The position numbers and the translations under genes are program-made. Below, piece after piece: positions 30,873-40,955 of a stretch of 64,000 bases of DNA. The notes under the pieces were generated by a model that did no database searches, was not told where the DNA came from, and worked only from the letters and a program-made list of their open reading frames with translations. The stretch is taken from positions 4,992,001-5,056,000 of the forward strand of contig OZ245842.1 of NCBI GenBank assembly GCA_965228895.1, read 5' to 3'. This DNA comes from Alphaproteobacteria bacterium (GTDB lineage: Bacteria > Pseudomonadota > Alphaproteobacteria > SP197). Every line of letters begins with the position of its first letter. The first letter of the stretch is position 1.

Positions 30873-31709
30873 TCACATGCCGTCCGGCACGTAGCCGAAG
30901 CGCGCCATCTGCACACGGTGCCGTTCGACAAGACGCGTCACCTGACGTTCGCTGAGGACCTTGCGCCATCCGCCGCTTTGGCCGTCGCCAAAGAAGCGCC
31001 CCTGGTTTTTCGTCCGTTCGTGAAAACCGCCCTCGTCTTCGAGACGGCGCAGTACATCGATCCGCGAATGAGAAACCGCGCGCGCCAAGTTCTCCGGCGT
31101 CACCTTCAAAGTCAGGAAACCGCAAATCTCGGCGAACGTGGCTTCGGTATCAGCGATCATGTCTTCGTAGCGCACGACGTGGATCGCAGGATTGGGTTGC
31201 ATGGTCCAGCTTGCCACGTTCTGCGACCAACCGCCCTGCACGAATTCCGTCAGAGCCTCGGTGCGCGGCAGCATATGGCCAGGCGTCGACATCAAGGTAA
31301 TCGTCTGGTCGTGATCAAGCCCGGCGTGACGCGCGTAGGAGATGACGATGTCGAGCGGGTTGCGGACGATGTAAATGGCGCCGGCGCTGACCGACATGTC
31401 GAATGCCGGTTGGCCGCACATCGGCATTAGCGCGGCGTGCGTCTTGATGAAGATGCTGTCGTCGCGCAGGCCCGCCAAGTAGCGCTGCACCTTAAGCCGC
31501 AACCGTGCGACATCATCGGTTGTCCAGGACTTGGGTGGACGATCATCGACCTCGCCGTACCAGCGCATCACCGTATCGCCGGTCGACATGCGGCTGACCT
31601 CGTCCAACTGCGCCGGTTGCTCCGAGCCCGAGAAGAGGTTCAACAGCAGCATCCTGAGCCAGGTGTTGCCGGATTTCGGATAGCTGGCGAGCCAGACGAT
31701 ATTGCCCAC
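30873..31709 (-). CDS. PAPS-dependent sulfotransferase (copy 6)
   Basis: SYPKSGNTW, KTH, RNPLDIVIS, RYEDM, FFGDGQSGGW; GTG start. Confidence 0.9.
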   Translation of the reverse strand: MGNIVWLASYPKSGNTWLRMLLLNLFSGSEQPAQLDEVSRMSTGDTVMRWYGEVDDRPPKSWTTDDVARLRLKVQRYLAGLRDDSIFIKTHAALMPMCGQPAFDMSVSAGAIYIVRNPLDIVISYARHAGLDHDQTITLMSTPGHMLPRTEALTEFVQGGWSQNVASWTMQPNPAIHVVRYEDMIADTEATFAEICGFLTLKVTPENLARAVSHSRIDVLRRLEDEGGFHERTKNQGRFFGDGQSGGWRKVLSERQVTRLVERHRVQMARFGYVPDGM

Positions 31710-31780
31710 GGGTAACCGGCCGCTCCTAGGACCTGGCTAAATCGACGGGCGCACCGGCCACGAATAGGGCGTCGGAAACG

Positions 31781-32617
31781 CTAGAGGCCGTCGGGCACAT
31801 AACTGAACCGCTCCATCTGTTTGCGGTGTGCGGCAACCACGGCGCGTGCCTCATCATCGGTCAGCTCGCCGCGCCACGACCCGGACTTCCCGGTTCGAAA
31901 GAAGCGACGCTGCGCCATCGTTCGTTCACGAAAGCCATCCCGTTCCTCAAGCGCGCGAAGAACACTGAAGGACGAGTTCTCGACGGCGCGTTCGATCCGT
32001 TTCGGCGTTGTATCCAAGCGAAGAAATTGGGCGAGGCCGGAGAACACCTTGAGCGGATCCGCCAGCATGGTTTCATAACCCATGACGTGCAGGGCCGGAT
32101 TGGCGCGACCGGTCCAGCTCTCAACGTTTTGCGACCAGCTGCCCCACGGCTCACCCGCCATAGTCTGCGTCGTTGGTGTCTCGTAGTTGTCGAGGTTCAT
32201 CATCTCGATCGTCTTGGGTATCGTCAGGCCCTGATGATCCGCCAGCGATGAGACGATATCCAGCGGGTTTCGCACGATGTAAACCGCGCCGGCTGTGACG
32301 GACATGTTGATCGTCGGGTGACCGCGTACCTGAAGAACCGACATGTGCGTCTTGCAGAACATCATGTGCTGCTGACGTTCACTCAGCTTTTTCTGAACAG
32401 CCGGCCGCATGGCCGCGACATCGTCCGGTGTCCATTCCTGCCATGGTCGTTTGTCGGATGCCGTGAAGTTCGGCAACGCCGCCTCGTTGGCGGTCAACGC
32501 GTCCATCTTATTGATATCAAAAGGCGATTCGGGATCACGAAACAGGTTGTGCAGAAAAGCCCGGACCCAGGTGTTGCCCGACTTTGGATAGCTCGCAATC
32601 CAAATGATGCCGCCCAT
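31781..32617 (-). CDS. PAPS-dependent sulfotransferase (copy 5)
   Basis: Start at MGGIIWIASYPKSGNTW (by alignment with paralogs), KTH, RNPLDIVSS, FFRTGKSGSW. Confidence 0.92.
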   Translation of the reverse strand: MGGIIWIASYPKSGNTWVRAFLHNLFRDPESPFDINKMDALTANEAALPNFTASDKRPWQEWTPDDVAAMRPAVQKKLSERQQHMMFCKTHMSVLQVRGHPTINMSVTAGAVYIVRNPLDIVSSLADHQGLTIPKTIEMMNLDNYETPTTQTMAGEPWGSWSQNVESWTGRANPALHVMGYETMLADPLKVFSGLAQFLRLDTTPKRIERAVENSSFSVLRALEERDGFRERTMAQRRFFRTGKSGSWRGELTDDEARAVVAAHRKQMERFSYVPDGL

Positions 32618-32625
32618 CGTCTGAT

Positions 32626-33465
32626 CTAGAAACCGTCGGGCACGTAACCGAAGCGTTCCATTTGCTCCCGGTGCGTATCGACAATTGCCGCGATCTGATC
32701 GTCGGTCAGCGTATCGCGCCAAGCGCCGGACTTGCCGCTACGGAAGAAACGTTCCTGGTTGGGCGAACGTTCGACAAAACCGAACTTGTCCTCTTGGGCC
32801 TTCAGCACCTTGAACGACGAATTCTTGATCGCGCGTTCAAGCCGCCCCCGCGGCACATCAAGTTGCAGAAATTTGGTGACCGCACCAAAGGTCTTCACCG
32901 GCGATGACTTGAGGTCCTCGTAGCGGACGGTTTTCAGCATTTGTCCTTCGCTCCCCGTCCAACTGGCCACGTGCTGGCTCCAACTGCCGAGTGCCTCCGT
33001 CACGTTCGAGCCGCCGACCGGCGTTTCGAAGTTTTCCGTTGCCATCATCTTGGTTGCCATATCGATGTCGACGCCCTGAAAATCGGCAAACGAAATCACG
33101 ACATCGAGCGGATTGCGGATGATGTAGATGGCGCCGGCCGACACCTGCATGTTGACCGTCGGAAATCCACGGACCGACAAAAGAGCGCAGTGCGTCTTGC
33201 AGAACACGGAACCGGTCTGCGACTGGGCAATCATCTCATGGGCGCGCGGGCGCATGCGCGCAATGTCATCGTGCGTCCACTCCTCCGGCGGCCGTGAATC
33301 GATAAGCCGGTACCAACCGCTCGAGGACTCGCCCTGGCTCAAGCTGCCGGTCATCTGGTTGATGTTCATCGCCTGTTTGGGGTCGCGGAACAGGTTATGC
33401 AGAAAGGCCCGCATCCAGGTATTGCCGGATTTCGGATAGCTGGCGAGCCAAACGATGTTTCCCAT
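32626..33465 (-). CDS. PAPS-dependent sulfotransferase (copy 4)
   Basis: SYPKSGNTW, KTH, RNPLDVVIS, RYEDL, FFRSGKSGAW. Confidence 0.92.
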   Translation of the reverse strand: MGNIVWLASYPKSGNTWMRAFLHNLFRDPKQAMNINQMTGSLSQGESSSGWYRLIDSRPPEEWTHDDIARMRPRAHEMIAQSQTGSVFCKTHCALLSVRGFPTVNMQVSAGAIYIIRNPLDVVISFADFQGVDIDMATKMMATENFETPVGGSNVTEALGSWSQHVASWTGSEGQMLKTVRYEDLKSSPVKTFGAVTKFLQLDVPRGRLERAIKNSSFKVLKAQEDKFGFVERSPNQERFFRSGKSGAWRDTLTDDQIAAIVDTHREQMERFGYVPDGF

Positions 33466-33482
33466 GGGTTTGTCTCCGCCGC

Positions 33483-34325
33483 CTAAAAGCCGGCCGGCAC
33501 GTAATCGAAACGCTGCATCTGTTCGCGATGGTCGGCAACCACCTTTGCAATCTGCTCGTCGTCGAGTTCATCCTTCCAATGCCCGGCCGTACCCTTGCGG
33601 AAGAAGCGATCCTGGGCCGGCGAGCGTTCGGCGAAACCGTGCTTGTCTTCTTGCGCGCGCAAGACCTTGAACGACGAGTTCTTCACGGCCCGTTCGATAC
33701 GCGCGCGTGGCGCGTCGACCTTGAGGAATCTGGCAATGTTGGAGAACATTTTTACCGGTGCTTTCAGCATGTCCTCATAGCGTACGACAAGCAGACCGGG
33801 ATTTGGCCTGCCCGTCCAGGACTCGACATTTTGTGTCCAAGAACCCAATGGTTCGGAAACGCTTTCGCGATCGTTCGGCAACTCGCAGTTGGTCGTGCCC
33901 AATATCGTTATCGCCTTGTCGACGTCGATGCCTTGAAAGTCAGCAAAGGAGAGCGCGACGTCCAGCGGGTTGCGCACGATGTAGATGGCGCCGGCCGTCA
34001 CGTCCAGGTTGACCGTGGTGTGGCCGCGCAGCTCAAGCAACGCGCAATGCGTCTTACAAAAAATGGTGCCCGGATGATTATCGGCGATCAGCTGATGGAC
34101 CTTGGGCCGCATGGCGTCTATGTCGGGGCGGGTCCATTCCTCCGGTGGACGTGAATCGAGCATCTTGTACCACTTCATGACGGCCTCGCCGGTCGAGATC
34201 AGCCCGCCACCAATCTCGTTTATGTCGAGCGCCTCGCCTGGATTGCGAAACAGGTTATGCAGGAAAGCGCGCAACCAGGTATTGCCGGATTTGGGATAGC
34301 TTGCCAGCCAGATGATGTTGCCCAC
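33483..34325 (-). CDS. PAPS-dependent sulfotransferase (copy 3)
   Basis: SYPKSGNTW, KTH, RNPLDVALS, RYEDM, FFRKGTAGHW. Confidence 0.92.
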   Translation of the reverse strand: MGNIIWLASYPKSGNTWLRAFLHNLFRNPGEALDINEIGGGLISTGEAVMKWYKMLDSRPPEEWTRPDIDAMRPKVHQLIADNHPGTIFCKTHCALLELRGHTTVNLDVTAGAIYIVRNPLDVALSFADFQGIDVDKAITILGTTNCELPNDRESVSEPLGSWTQNVESWTGRPNPGLLVVRYEDMLKAPVKMFSNIARFLKVDAPRARIERAVKNSSFKVLRAQEDKHGFAERSPAQDRFFRKGTAGHWKDELDDEQIAKVVADHREQMQRFDYVPAGF

Positions 34326-34342
34326 GTCTTACGCCTGTTCCG

Positions 34343-35185
34343 CTAGTAGCCATGAGGAATGTAATCAAACCGGGCCATCTGCTCACGATGAGCCTGGATG
34401 ATCGATTGAGCTTGATCGTCGTTCAATTCATCGCGCCATCCGCCGACCTTGCCGGCACGAAAGAAACGCTCCTGACGATCGGTCCGCTCCGAGAAACCGT
34501 CCTTTTCCTCCATCGTCTTCAACGTCTCGAACGACGAAAACGAAAGCGCGCGTTCTAACCTGTCAGGCGGTGGATTGAGACCCAGGAACCGGACCAGGCC
34601 ACCAAACGTCTCGTCGGGCCGTTCCACGAGATCCTCATACCGCATGATGTGCAAGGCCGGATTGGGGCGCGCGGTCCAGCTCTGAACATGCTCGCTCCAG
34701 CTTCCGATGAGGTGCGGGACCTGCTTGGTTCGCCCTGGCAGCACATGGCCCGTATCGTTCATGACCTTGATGATGTAATCCGGGCCTGAGCCGGAGTGGG
34801 CGGCATAGGACGCGACTATGTCGAGTGGATTGCGCAGGATATAGATGGCGCCTGCAGTAAGCCCAAAGTCAATCACCGGGTAGCCATGCCACTGCACAAG
34901 GGCGCAGTGCGTCTTGACAAAGATGTTGTCGGGCGCGTGTTTGGCGATTTCTTGTTGGGCGGCCGACCGCAGACTGGCCACCCTTTCTTCCTCCCATATC
35001 TCCGGCGTCTCGCCTGATGCCTCTTCGAACCAATGGCGCGTTGTGTCGAGCGGCGACATCGCGCTTACATCATCCGGCGAAAACGGTTGCTTCGGGTTCA
35101 TGAAGAGGTGCAGCAGAAACGCGCGCGTCCACGTGTTGCCGGACTTCGGATAGGACGCGAGCCAAATGATCTTGCCTTTCGTCAC
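34343..35185 (-). CDS. PAPS-dependent sulfotransferase (copy 2)
   Basis: SYPKSGNTW, KTH, RNPLDIVAS, RYEDL, FFRAGKVGGW. Confidence 0.92.
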   Translation of the reverse strand: MTKGKIIWLASYPKSGNTWTRAFLLHLFMNPKQPFSPDDVSAMSPLDTTRHWFEEASGETPEIWEEERVASLRSAAQQEIAKHAPDNIFVKTHCALVQWHGYPVIDFGLTAGAIYILRNPLDIVASYAAHSGSGPDYIIKVMNDTGHVLPGRTKQVPHLIGSWSEHVQSWTARPNPALHIMRYEDLVERPDETFGGLVRFLGLNPPPDRLERALSFSSFETLKTMEEKDGFSERTDRQERFFRAGKVGGWRDELNDDQAQSIIQAHREQMARFDYIPHGY

Positions 35186-35188
35186 GCG

Positions 35189-36040
35189 TCAGTGACCCTT
35201 CGGCACGTAGCCGAAGCGTTCCATGTCCGCGCGGTGGCTCTTGACCACGCGCGCCACCTGGTCGTCGGAGAGCACGTCGCACCATTGGCCTTTCTTTCCG
35301 ACACGGAAAAATCGGTCGGCATGCTCACTGCGCTCGACAAAGCCATCCCTTTCTTCCTGTTTCCGCAACACCTGGAACGAAGCGTGGCGGACGGCGCGTT
35401 CGATTTGCGGGCGCGGGACATCGAGACCGAGAAATTTCGCGACGCCGGCAAAGGTCCGATGGGTCTCATCGAGCATGTCTTCGTAGCGCACCACGTGAAG
35501 ACCCGGATTGGGCCTGCCCGTCCAACTTTCGACGTGCTGGGACCAACTGCCAATAAAATCGATCATCAAGGTGTCGGACATCGATGTATGGGAATTCTGG
35601 GTCGCCATGAGATCAATGATGTCGTCGACCGGTCGCCCGAGGTGATGGCTGAACGACACCACCACGTCAAGCGGATTGCGGATGATGTAGATGGCGCCGG
35701 CCGTCACCGCCAGATTGATCGTTGGGTGTCCAGCGAACTCAAGTACCGCGCTGTGTGTCTTGATGAATCGTGTCCCGGTGGCTTGACCGGCAAGCGCCTC
35801 CTGGACCGGCGCTCTGAGTGCGGCGATCTCGCTCGCCGTCATCCCGTCGAGAGACCGCCCCGCGACCGCCGCGTAGTGTTCCGGCGTCACGTCGCCGGTC
35901 GTTAGGTCGTCCAGACGGTTGATGGCATGAGGTCGCTGTCCTTTCAGCATCATGTTGTGCAGAAAAGCACGCATCCAGGTGTTGCCGGACTTCGGATAGC
36001 TGGCAAGCCAGATCAGATTTCCCATTTTTGCCGCCGACAT
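35189..36040 (-). CDS. PAPS-dependent sulfotransferase (copy 1, first transcribed)
   Basis: SYPKSGNTW, KTH, RNPLDVVVS, RYEDM, FFRVGKKGQW. Confidence 0.92.
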   Translation of the reverse strand: MSAAKMGNLIWLASYPKSGNTWMRAFLHNMMLKGQRPHAINRLDDLTTGDVTPEHYAAVAGRSLDGMTASEIAALRAPVQEALAGQATGTRFIKTHSAVLEFAGHPTINLAVTAGAIYIIRNPLDVVVSFSHHLGRPVDDIIDLMATQNSHTSMSDTLMIDFIGSWSQHVESWTGRPNPGLHVVRYEDMLDETHRTFAGVAKFLGLDVPRPQIERAVRHASFQVLRKQEERDGFVERSEHADRFFRVGKKGQWCDVLSDDQVARVVKSHRADMERFGYVPKGH

Positions 36041-36096
36041 GCTCGCTGCAGGAGCGATCTCTGTTGCTGGCCGGGTCTAGCATAAGAACAGCGGAC

Positions 36097-36125
36097 AAAA
36101 AAAGGGGCGGCCGAAGCCGCCCCTT
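36097..36125 (-). terminator. Rho-independent terminator of the porin gene
   Basis: Minus strand aaggggcggc-ttcg-gccgcccctt followed by a T-run, about 27 nt after the porin stop. Confidence 0.88.
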
Positions 36126-36152
36126 CTCGACATGTCCTCGGTAGAGGACAGA

Positions 36153-37361
36153 TCAGAAGCTGATCAACAGACCGGCACCACCGAAGTAGGTGTCGTAGTC
36201 GCGATTGACCACACCGTCATCAAACTGGTCGAAACCAACAGCACCAGTTACCGCGATACCCGGGCCCAGGTCGTACTGACCCATCAGGCGATAGGCATCA
36301 AACTCGTCGGTAACCGCAGCCGCGGCAAGTGTACCGGCAGAGTAGTCGGTCTCGGAATGCAGCCAGTAGATACCAGCACTCCAGGGACCGTCTGCGTAGT
36401 ACGACAGACCGACGTCAAAGGTTTCGATGTCCGTACCGGCGACGTTGGCGTTGTCCGATGTGTTCATGTACGAACCACCGAGACCCCAGTTGCCGTAGTA
36501 GAGGACAACACCGGCATTCCATGAGTTGGAATCCGTGGTGCCAATGTTGATAGGCGCGTTCTGGATGGCCTTCGACTGAACATCCAAATAGCCGCCAGCC
36601 ACGGTCAGACCGACATCGCCGATCTCACCGTCATAACGGGCGCCAACCGACCAGGTCTCACCATGCGTAAACGCTGGCGTCGTGGTCGTACCGCCGATCT
36701 GGACCGGCAGTGTGTACACACCGGCCGGACGGGCTTCCTTGTTGTCCGGCGCATAAGAAGCACCGAACTGGAAGCCGTTGAACACTGGCGAGAAGTACAT
36801 CACCCGCGCATCGTCGCCCGTCTGATTCGGGAACGTGGCGAACGTGACGCTAGCACCGGCCGCGAAACGCGAGCGGGCAAGACCGGTCGTCTGAGCAAAG
36901 AACTGGGACAGACCGTTAGCGAACACGGACGGCGTGTTGGCTGCGAACACGTAGTTAATGTAAGGCGCAGCCGTTGCCATGTTGTAGGACGCCGGATCAT
37001 CGTTACCAATCCGGAAGGTACCGAACGAGCCTTCGATGTAGGCGTAGTTCTCGTCCAGCTGATCGCCCTGGGTCTCGCCCTCGATCTCGATGCGAACACC
37101 GACTTCAAGGCCGTTATCCAGAACGGTCTTACCGCGAACCTGCAACTCGCCATCAAACTTGATGTCGTGGTCGCCTTTGTTAAAGCCGGGCTCGTTCGGA
37201 ATCGAAACACCGTTGCCCGCGCTGTCGTCATTGTCGGCGAGGAACACCGCCCAATTGTGGTAACCACCGAAGCTAAGCTCAATCGGCTCGGCAGCGGACG
37301 CCTGTCCGGCAACCAGGCCAACCGAAACCATCGCGGTGGTCCCAAGCAGCACTTTCTTCAT
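36153..37361 (-). CDS. Major outer-membrane porin (alphaproteobacterial type)
   Basis: Signal peptide MKKVLLGTTA..QASA, T.LDNGL.VG...E.EG, DENYAY.EGSFG, amphipathic beta strands, C-terminal Phe; RBS aggagg. Confidence 0.9.
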   Translation of the reverse strand: MKKVLLGTTAMVSVGLVAGQASAAEPIELSFGGYHNWAVFLADNDDSAGNGVSIPNEPGFNKGDHDIKFDGELQVRGKTVLDNGLEVGVRIEIEGETQGDQLDENYAYIEGSFGTFRIGNDDPASYNMATAAPYINYVFAANTPSVFANGLSQFFAQTTGLARSRFAAGASVTFATFPNQTGDDARVMYFSPVFNGFQFGASYAPDNKEARPAGVYTLPVQIGGTTTTPAFTHGETWSVGARYDGEIGDVGLTVAGGYLDVQSKAIQNAPINIGTTDSNSWNAGVVLYYGNWGLGGSYMNTSDNANVAGTDIETFDVGLSYYADGPWSAGIYWLHSETDYSAGTLAAAAVTDEFDAYRLMGQYDLGPGIAVTGAVGFDQFDDGVVNRDYDTYFGGAGLLISF

Positions 37362-37678
37362 TGCGCAAACCTCCTAAGGGACTAACTCTTAAACGCCTTT
37401 CCGGAACGGAAAGAAAAATCAGGTTCTGGTTTGACCGGCACCTGGCTTTCGCCAGGGCCTCAACGCCGGCCAAGGGACCGCGCCCGATTACGGCGTTGAA
37501 ACTACTGGAGCTAAAAAACAAACCCAAGACTTTTGGGGTACCGCTTGTGGCTTTTCCAACCCACTGTGGCAAGAATGCCGCAGTAGGTGTTGGAAACTAC
37601 AGGCATTCCCCGCTTGCCGAGGCCCGGTCAATAAGCCAATGTGCGCCATCTATAGAAAGGTCATAAACAGGTGTATTC

Positions 37679-38257
37679 TTGCTCACGACGACGAGGGAAA
37701 CGACCATCTTGTACCACTTTCGAGTAGTCGCGTTGGTGTTGACGGCAGCGGTGCTGGTGGCCTGCGGCCCCTCCGAGGGCTCCGGTGTGGCCGATACCGT
37801 GCAGACGCCCCAGGGCAGGTTCGAAAAAGACGTCGACGACCCCACCCGCGAGACCATCTTCGGTCCGGGCGGCTTGAGTGCGGCGCTGTTCGACGAACAG
37901 GGCGGCACGGGCGATGGCGGCGGCGGTGGCGGTATCGGCGTCAACGCATTCCTTTGGCGCGCTGCGCTCGATACATTCTCGTTTCTGCCGCCATTCTCTG
38001 CCGATCCGATCGGCGGCGTAATCATTTATGACTGGTATTCGCCGCCCGAGACCCCTGGCGAGCGGTTCAAGGTCACGGTCTATATCCTTGACACGCGGCT
38101 TCGCGCGGACGGCATAAAAGTCGCGGTTTTCCGCCAAGTTCGCGATGTCTATGGCGAATGGGTCGAGGCTCAGGTCGATGCTTCCATGGAAACGCAGCTT
38201 GAGAACGCGGTATTGACCCGCGCCCGCCAGATCAGGATCGCCCAGCTCGGGCAGTAA
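37679..38257 (+). CDS. DUF3576-family lipoprotein
   Basis: Lipobox LVAC; GVNAFLWRAALDT.SF.P..SADP.GGVII.DWYS; position upstream of leuS; start uncertain. Confidence 0.78.
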   Translation: MLTTTRETTILYHFRVVALVLTAAVLVACGPSEGSGVADTVQTPQGRFEKDVDDPTRETIFGPGGLSAALFDEQGGTGDGGGGGGIGVNAFLWRAALDTFSFLPPFSADPIGGVIIYDWYSPPETPGERFKVTVYILDTRLRADGIKVAVFRQVRDVYGEWVEAQVDASMETQLENAVLTRARQIRIAQLGQ

Positions 38258-38381
38258 CCGAAAGCGCCTACTGTTGAGGTTAACGGGCCGCTTTGAAACC
38301 CAGGCGGGCTGCGCTAGCTTGCGCCGACGGCCCCAAACTCGGAAAACCGGCCTGTTTTCGGCCCCATAGAAAACGGTACAT

Positions 38382-40955
38382 ATGGCCCAGCAACGGTACA
38401 ATTTTCGCGATGCCGAGCCGCGGTGGCAGCGCATTTGGGACGAACGCGGCACGTTTCGTCCCGACAATGACGACGATCGCCCCAAAGCCTATGTTCTGGA
38501 AATGTTTCCCTATCCGTCGGGCCGCATCCACATGGGGCACGTGCGCAACTACACGATGGGTGACCTGGTGGCGCGCTACCGCCGTGCCCAAGGCTTCAAC
38601 GTGCTGCACCCCATGGGCTGGGACGCCTTTGGCCTGCCGGCTGAAAACGCTGCCATGGCCAAAGGCGTGCATCCGCGCGAGTGGACCTATCAGAACATCG
38701 CGACGATGCGCGGTCAGTTGCAGAAGATGGGCCTTTCGATCGACTGGAGCCGGGAGATCGCGACCTGCCATCCCGAGTACTATCGCCACCAGCAGCACCT
38801 GTTCCTCGATTTGATGGCGGCCGGCCTGGTCGACCGCCGCGAGGCATGGGTTAACTGGGATCCGGTTGATCAGACCGTTCTGGCCAACGAGCAGGTGATC
38901 GAAGGCCGTGGCTGGCGGTCCGGTGCGCCGGTTGAAAAACGCCAGTTGAATCAATGGGTTTTCAAGATCACTGATTTTGCCGACGAGCTGGCAGACGCGC
39001 TCGATGGGCTCGATCGCTGGCCGGACAAGGTCCGTCTCATGCAACGCAACTGGATTGGCCGGTCGGAAGGCCTCAGGATGTCCTTCGAGCTGGTCGGTCG
39101 CGACGACCTGCTGGAGGTCTTCACCACCCGCCATGACACCATCTTCGGCGCCAGCTTCATGGCGATTTCGCCGGAACACCCGCTGGCCGGCACCTTGGCC
39201 AAGGACGATGAAGGACTAACCGACTTCATCGCCGAATGCGGCCGGCTTGGTACCAGCGAGGAGGCAATCGAACGGGCGGAGAAGAAAGGCTACGATACCG
39301 GCCTCAAGGCGCGCCATCCCTTCATCGAGGATGTCGAGCTGCCCGTCTATGTCGCCAACTTCGTGCTGATGGAGTACGGCACCGGTGCGATTTTCGGCTG
39401 CCCCGCCCATGACCAGCGCGACCTGGATTTTGCCCGTAAGTACGCCCTGACGGTGACGCCCGTGGTGGTCCCCGGCGACACCGACACCGCGACCTTCGAG
39501 ATCGGCGACGAGGCCTTTAAGGGTGACGGCCTGATCGCCAACTCTGATTTTCTGGACGGCATGAGCGTCGATGAGGCCAAGCAGGCGGTCGCCGAACGTA
39601 TGGAGCAGACCAATCGCGGCAAACGGGAGATCAACTACCGGTTGCGTGATTGGGGCGTGTCCCGGCAACGCTATTGGGGCTGCCCGATCCCCGTGGTTCA
39701 CTGTCCAGATTGCGGCATCGTGCCGGTGCCGAAGGCCGAGCTGCCGGTGCGCTTGCCCGACGACGTCGATCTCAGCAAACCAGGCAACCTGTTGGATCAT
39801 CATCCGAGCTGGAAACACACCACCTGTCCCGGCTGTGGTGCCGCGGCGGCCCGCGACACCGATACCCTCGACACGTTTGTCGACAGCTCCTGGTACTTCC
39901 TGCGTTTTTGTTCGCCACGAAGCGACGAACCGATGGACAAGGCGGCGGTCGGTTATTGGATGCCGATCGACCAGTACATCGGCGGCGTTGAGCACGCGGT
40001 GCTGCATCTCCTCTATTCGCGCTTCTTCGCCCGCGCGCTCAGGCGTTGCGGTTATGTCGACTTCGACGAACCGTTCGCCGGTCTCTTTACGCAGGGCATG
40101 GTCGGCCATGAAATCTATCAAGCCGCCGATGGCAGCTATCTCGAACCCGCCGACGTCGCGAAGGGCGCCGACGGGACGGTCACGGTCGCAGCCACCGGTG
40201 CGCCGGTTACCGTCGGGCGGTCGGAAAAGATGTCGAAGTCGAAGAAGAATGTCATCGACCCCGACGACATCATCGCCGAATACGGCGCCGACACAGCGCG
40301 GTGGTTCATGTTGTCTGACTCGCCGCCTGCCCGCGATCTCGAGTGGACGTCCGAAGGTGTCGCCGGCGCCTACCGGTTTGTGCAGCGCATCGCGCGCCTC
40401 GTCTCGGCAGCCGCGCCCGACCTGCCCGATCCGGGGGCGGCGCGTCCCGAGAGTTTGAGGGATGCGGCGATCAGCCTGCGTCAGGCGACGCACGGCGCGA
40501 TCGACGGGATCACCACGGACATCGAAGCGTTCCACTTTAACCGCGCGGTCGCGCGCATCCACGAGCTGACGAACGCGATCGCCGAATTCAATGCCGAAGA
40601 TGATGCCGATAGATGGGCATTGCGCGAAGCGTTGGACATCATGATTACGTTGGTCGGGCCGATGATGCCGCATCTGGGTGAAGAGATGTGGCACGCGTTG
40701 GGTCACGAGAACCTTCTGGCAGATACGCCGTGGCCCGTCGCCGACGCGACGCTCCTGGTCCGCGACAGCGTCACCATTCCGGTTCAGGTAAACGGTAAGC
40801 TGCGCGCCAAGGTCACCATGCCGCGCGGCGTCGCCAACGATGACATGGAAGCCGCCGCGCTGGCCGATGACAACGTTCAGCGCGCGATTGACGGCAAGGC
40901 CGTGCGCAAGGTGATTGTCGTGCCCGACAAAATCGTCAACATCGTCGTCGCATGA
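38382..40955 (+). CDS. leuS: Leucine--tRNA ligase
   Basis: MFPYPSG.IHMGH (HIGH), [13 protein letters not shown] editing domain. Confidence 0.98.
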   Translation: MAQQRYNFRDAEPRWQRIWDERGTFRPDNDDDRPKAYVLEMFPYPSGRIHMGHVRNYTMGDLVARYRRAQGFNVLHPMGWDAFGLPAENAAMAKGVHPREWTYQNIATMRGQLQKMGLSIDWSREIATCHPEYYRHQQHLFLDLMAAGLVDRREAWVNWDPVDQTVLANEQVIEGRGWRSGAPVEKRQLNQWVFKITDFADELADALDGLDRWPDKVRLMQRNWIGRSEGLRMSFELVGRDDLLEVFTTRHDTIFGASFMAISPEHPLAGTLAKDDEGLTDFIAECGRLGTSEEAIERAEKKGYDTGLKARHPFIEDVELPVYVANFVLMEYGTGAIFGCPAHDQRDLDFARKYALTVTPVVVPGDTDTATFEIGDEAFKGDGLIANSDFLDGMSVDEAKQAVAERMEQTNRGKREINYRLRDWGVSRQRYWGCPIPVVHCPDCGIVPVPKAELPVRLPDDVDLSKPGNLLDHHPSWKHTTCPGCGAAAARDTDTLDTFVDSSWYFLRFCSPRSDEPMDKAAVGYWMPIDQYIGGVEHAVLHLLYSRFFARALRRCGYVDFDEPFAGLFTQGMVGHEIYQAADGSYLEPADVAKGADGTVTVAATGAPVTVGRSEKMSKSKKNVIDPDDIIAEYGADTARWFMLSDSPPARDLEWTSEGVAGAYRFVQRIARLVSAAAPDLPDPGAARPESLRDAAISLRQATHGAIDGITTDIEAFHFNRAVARIHELTNAIAEFNAEDDADRWALREALDIMITLVGPMMPHLGEEMWHALGHENLLADTPWPVADATLLVRDSVTIPVQVNGKLRAKVTMPRGVANDDMEAAALADDNVQRAIDGKAVRKVIVVPDKIVNIVVA

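Noticed and set aside
29960-36020. ~30-bp near-identical sequence (gttgccggatttcggatagctggcgagcca) recurring about every 850 bp, suggestive of CRISPR, integron or DGR repeats
   Set aside because: It is the coding sequence of the WLASYPKSGN motif in each paralog. No cas, integrase or reverse transcriptase gene and no attC-like intergenic palindromes are present.
29172-36040. Array as an assembly artefact
   Set aside because: The copies are far too divergent in protein sequence to be mis-assembled duplicates.
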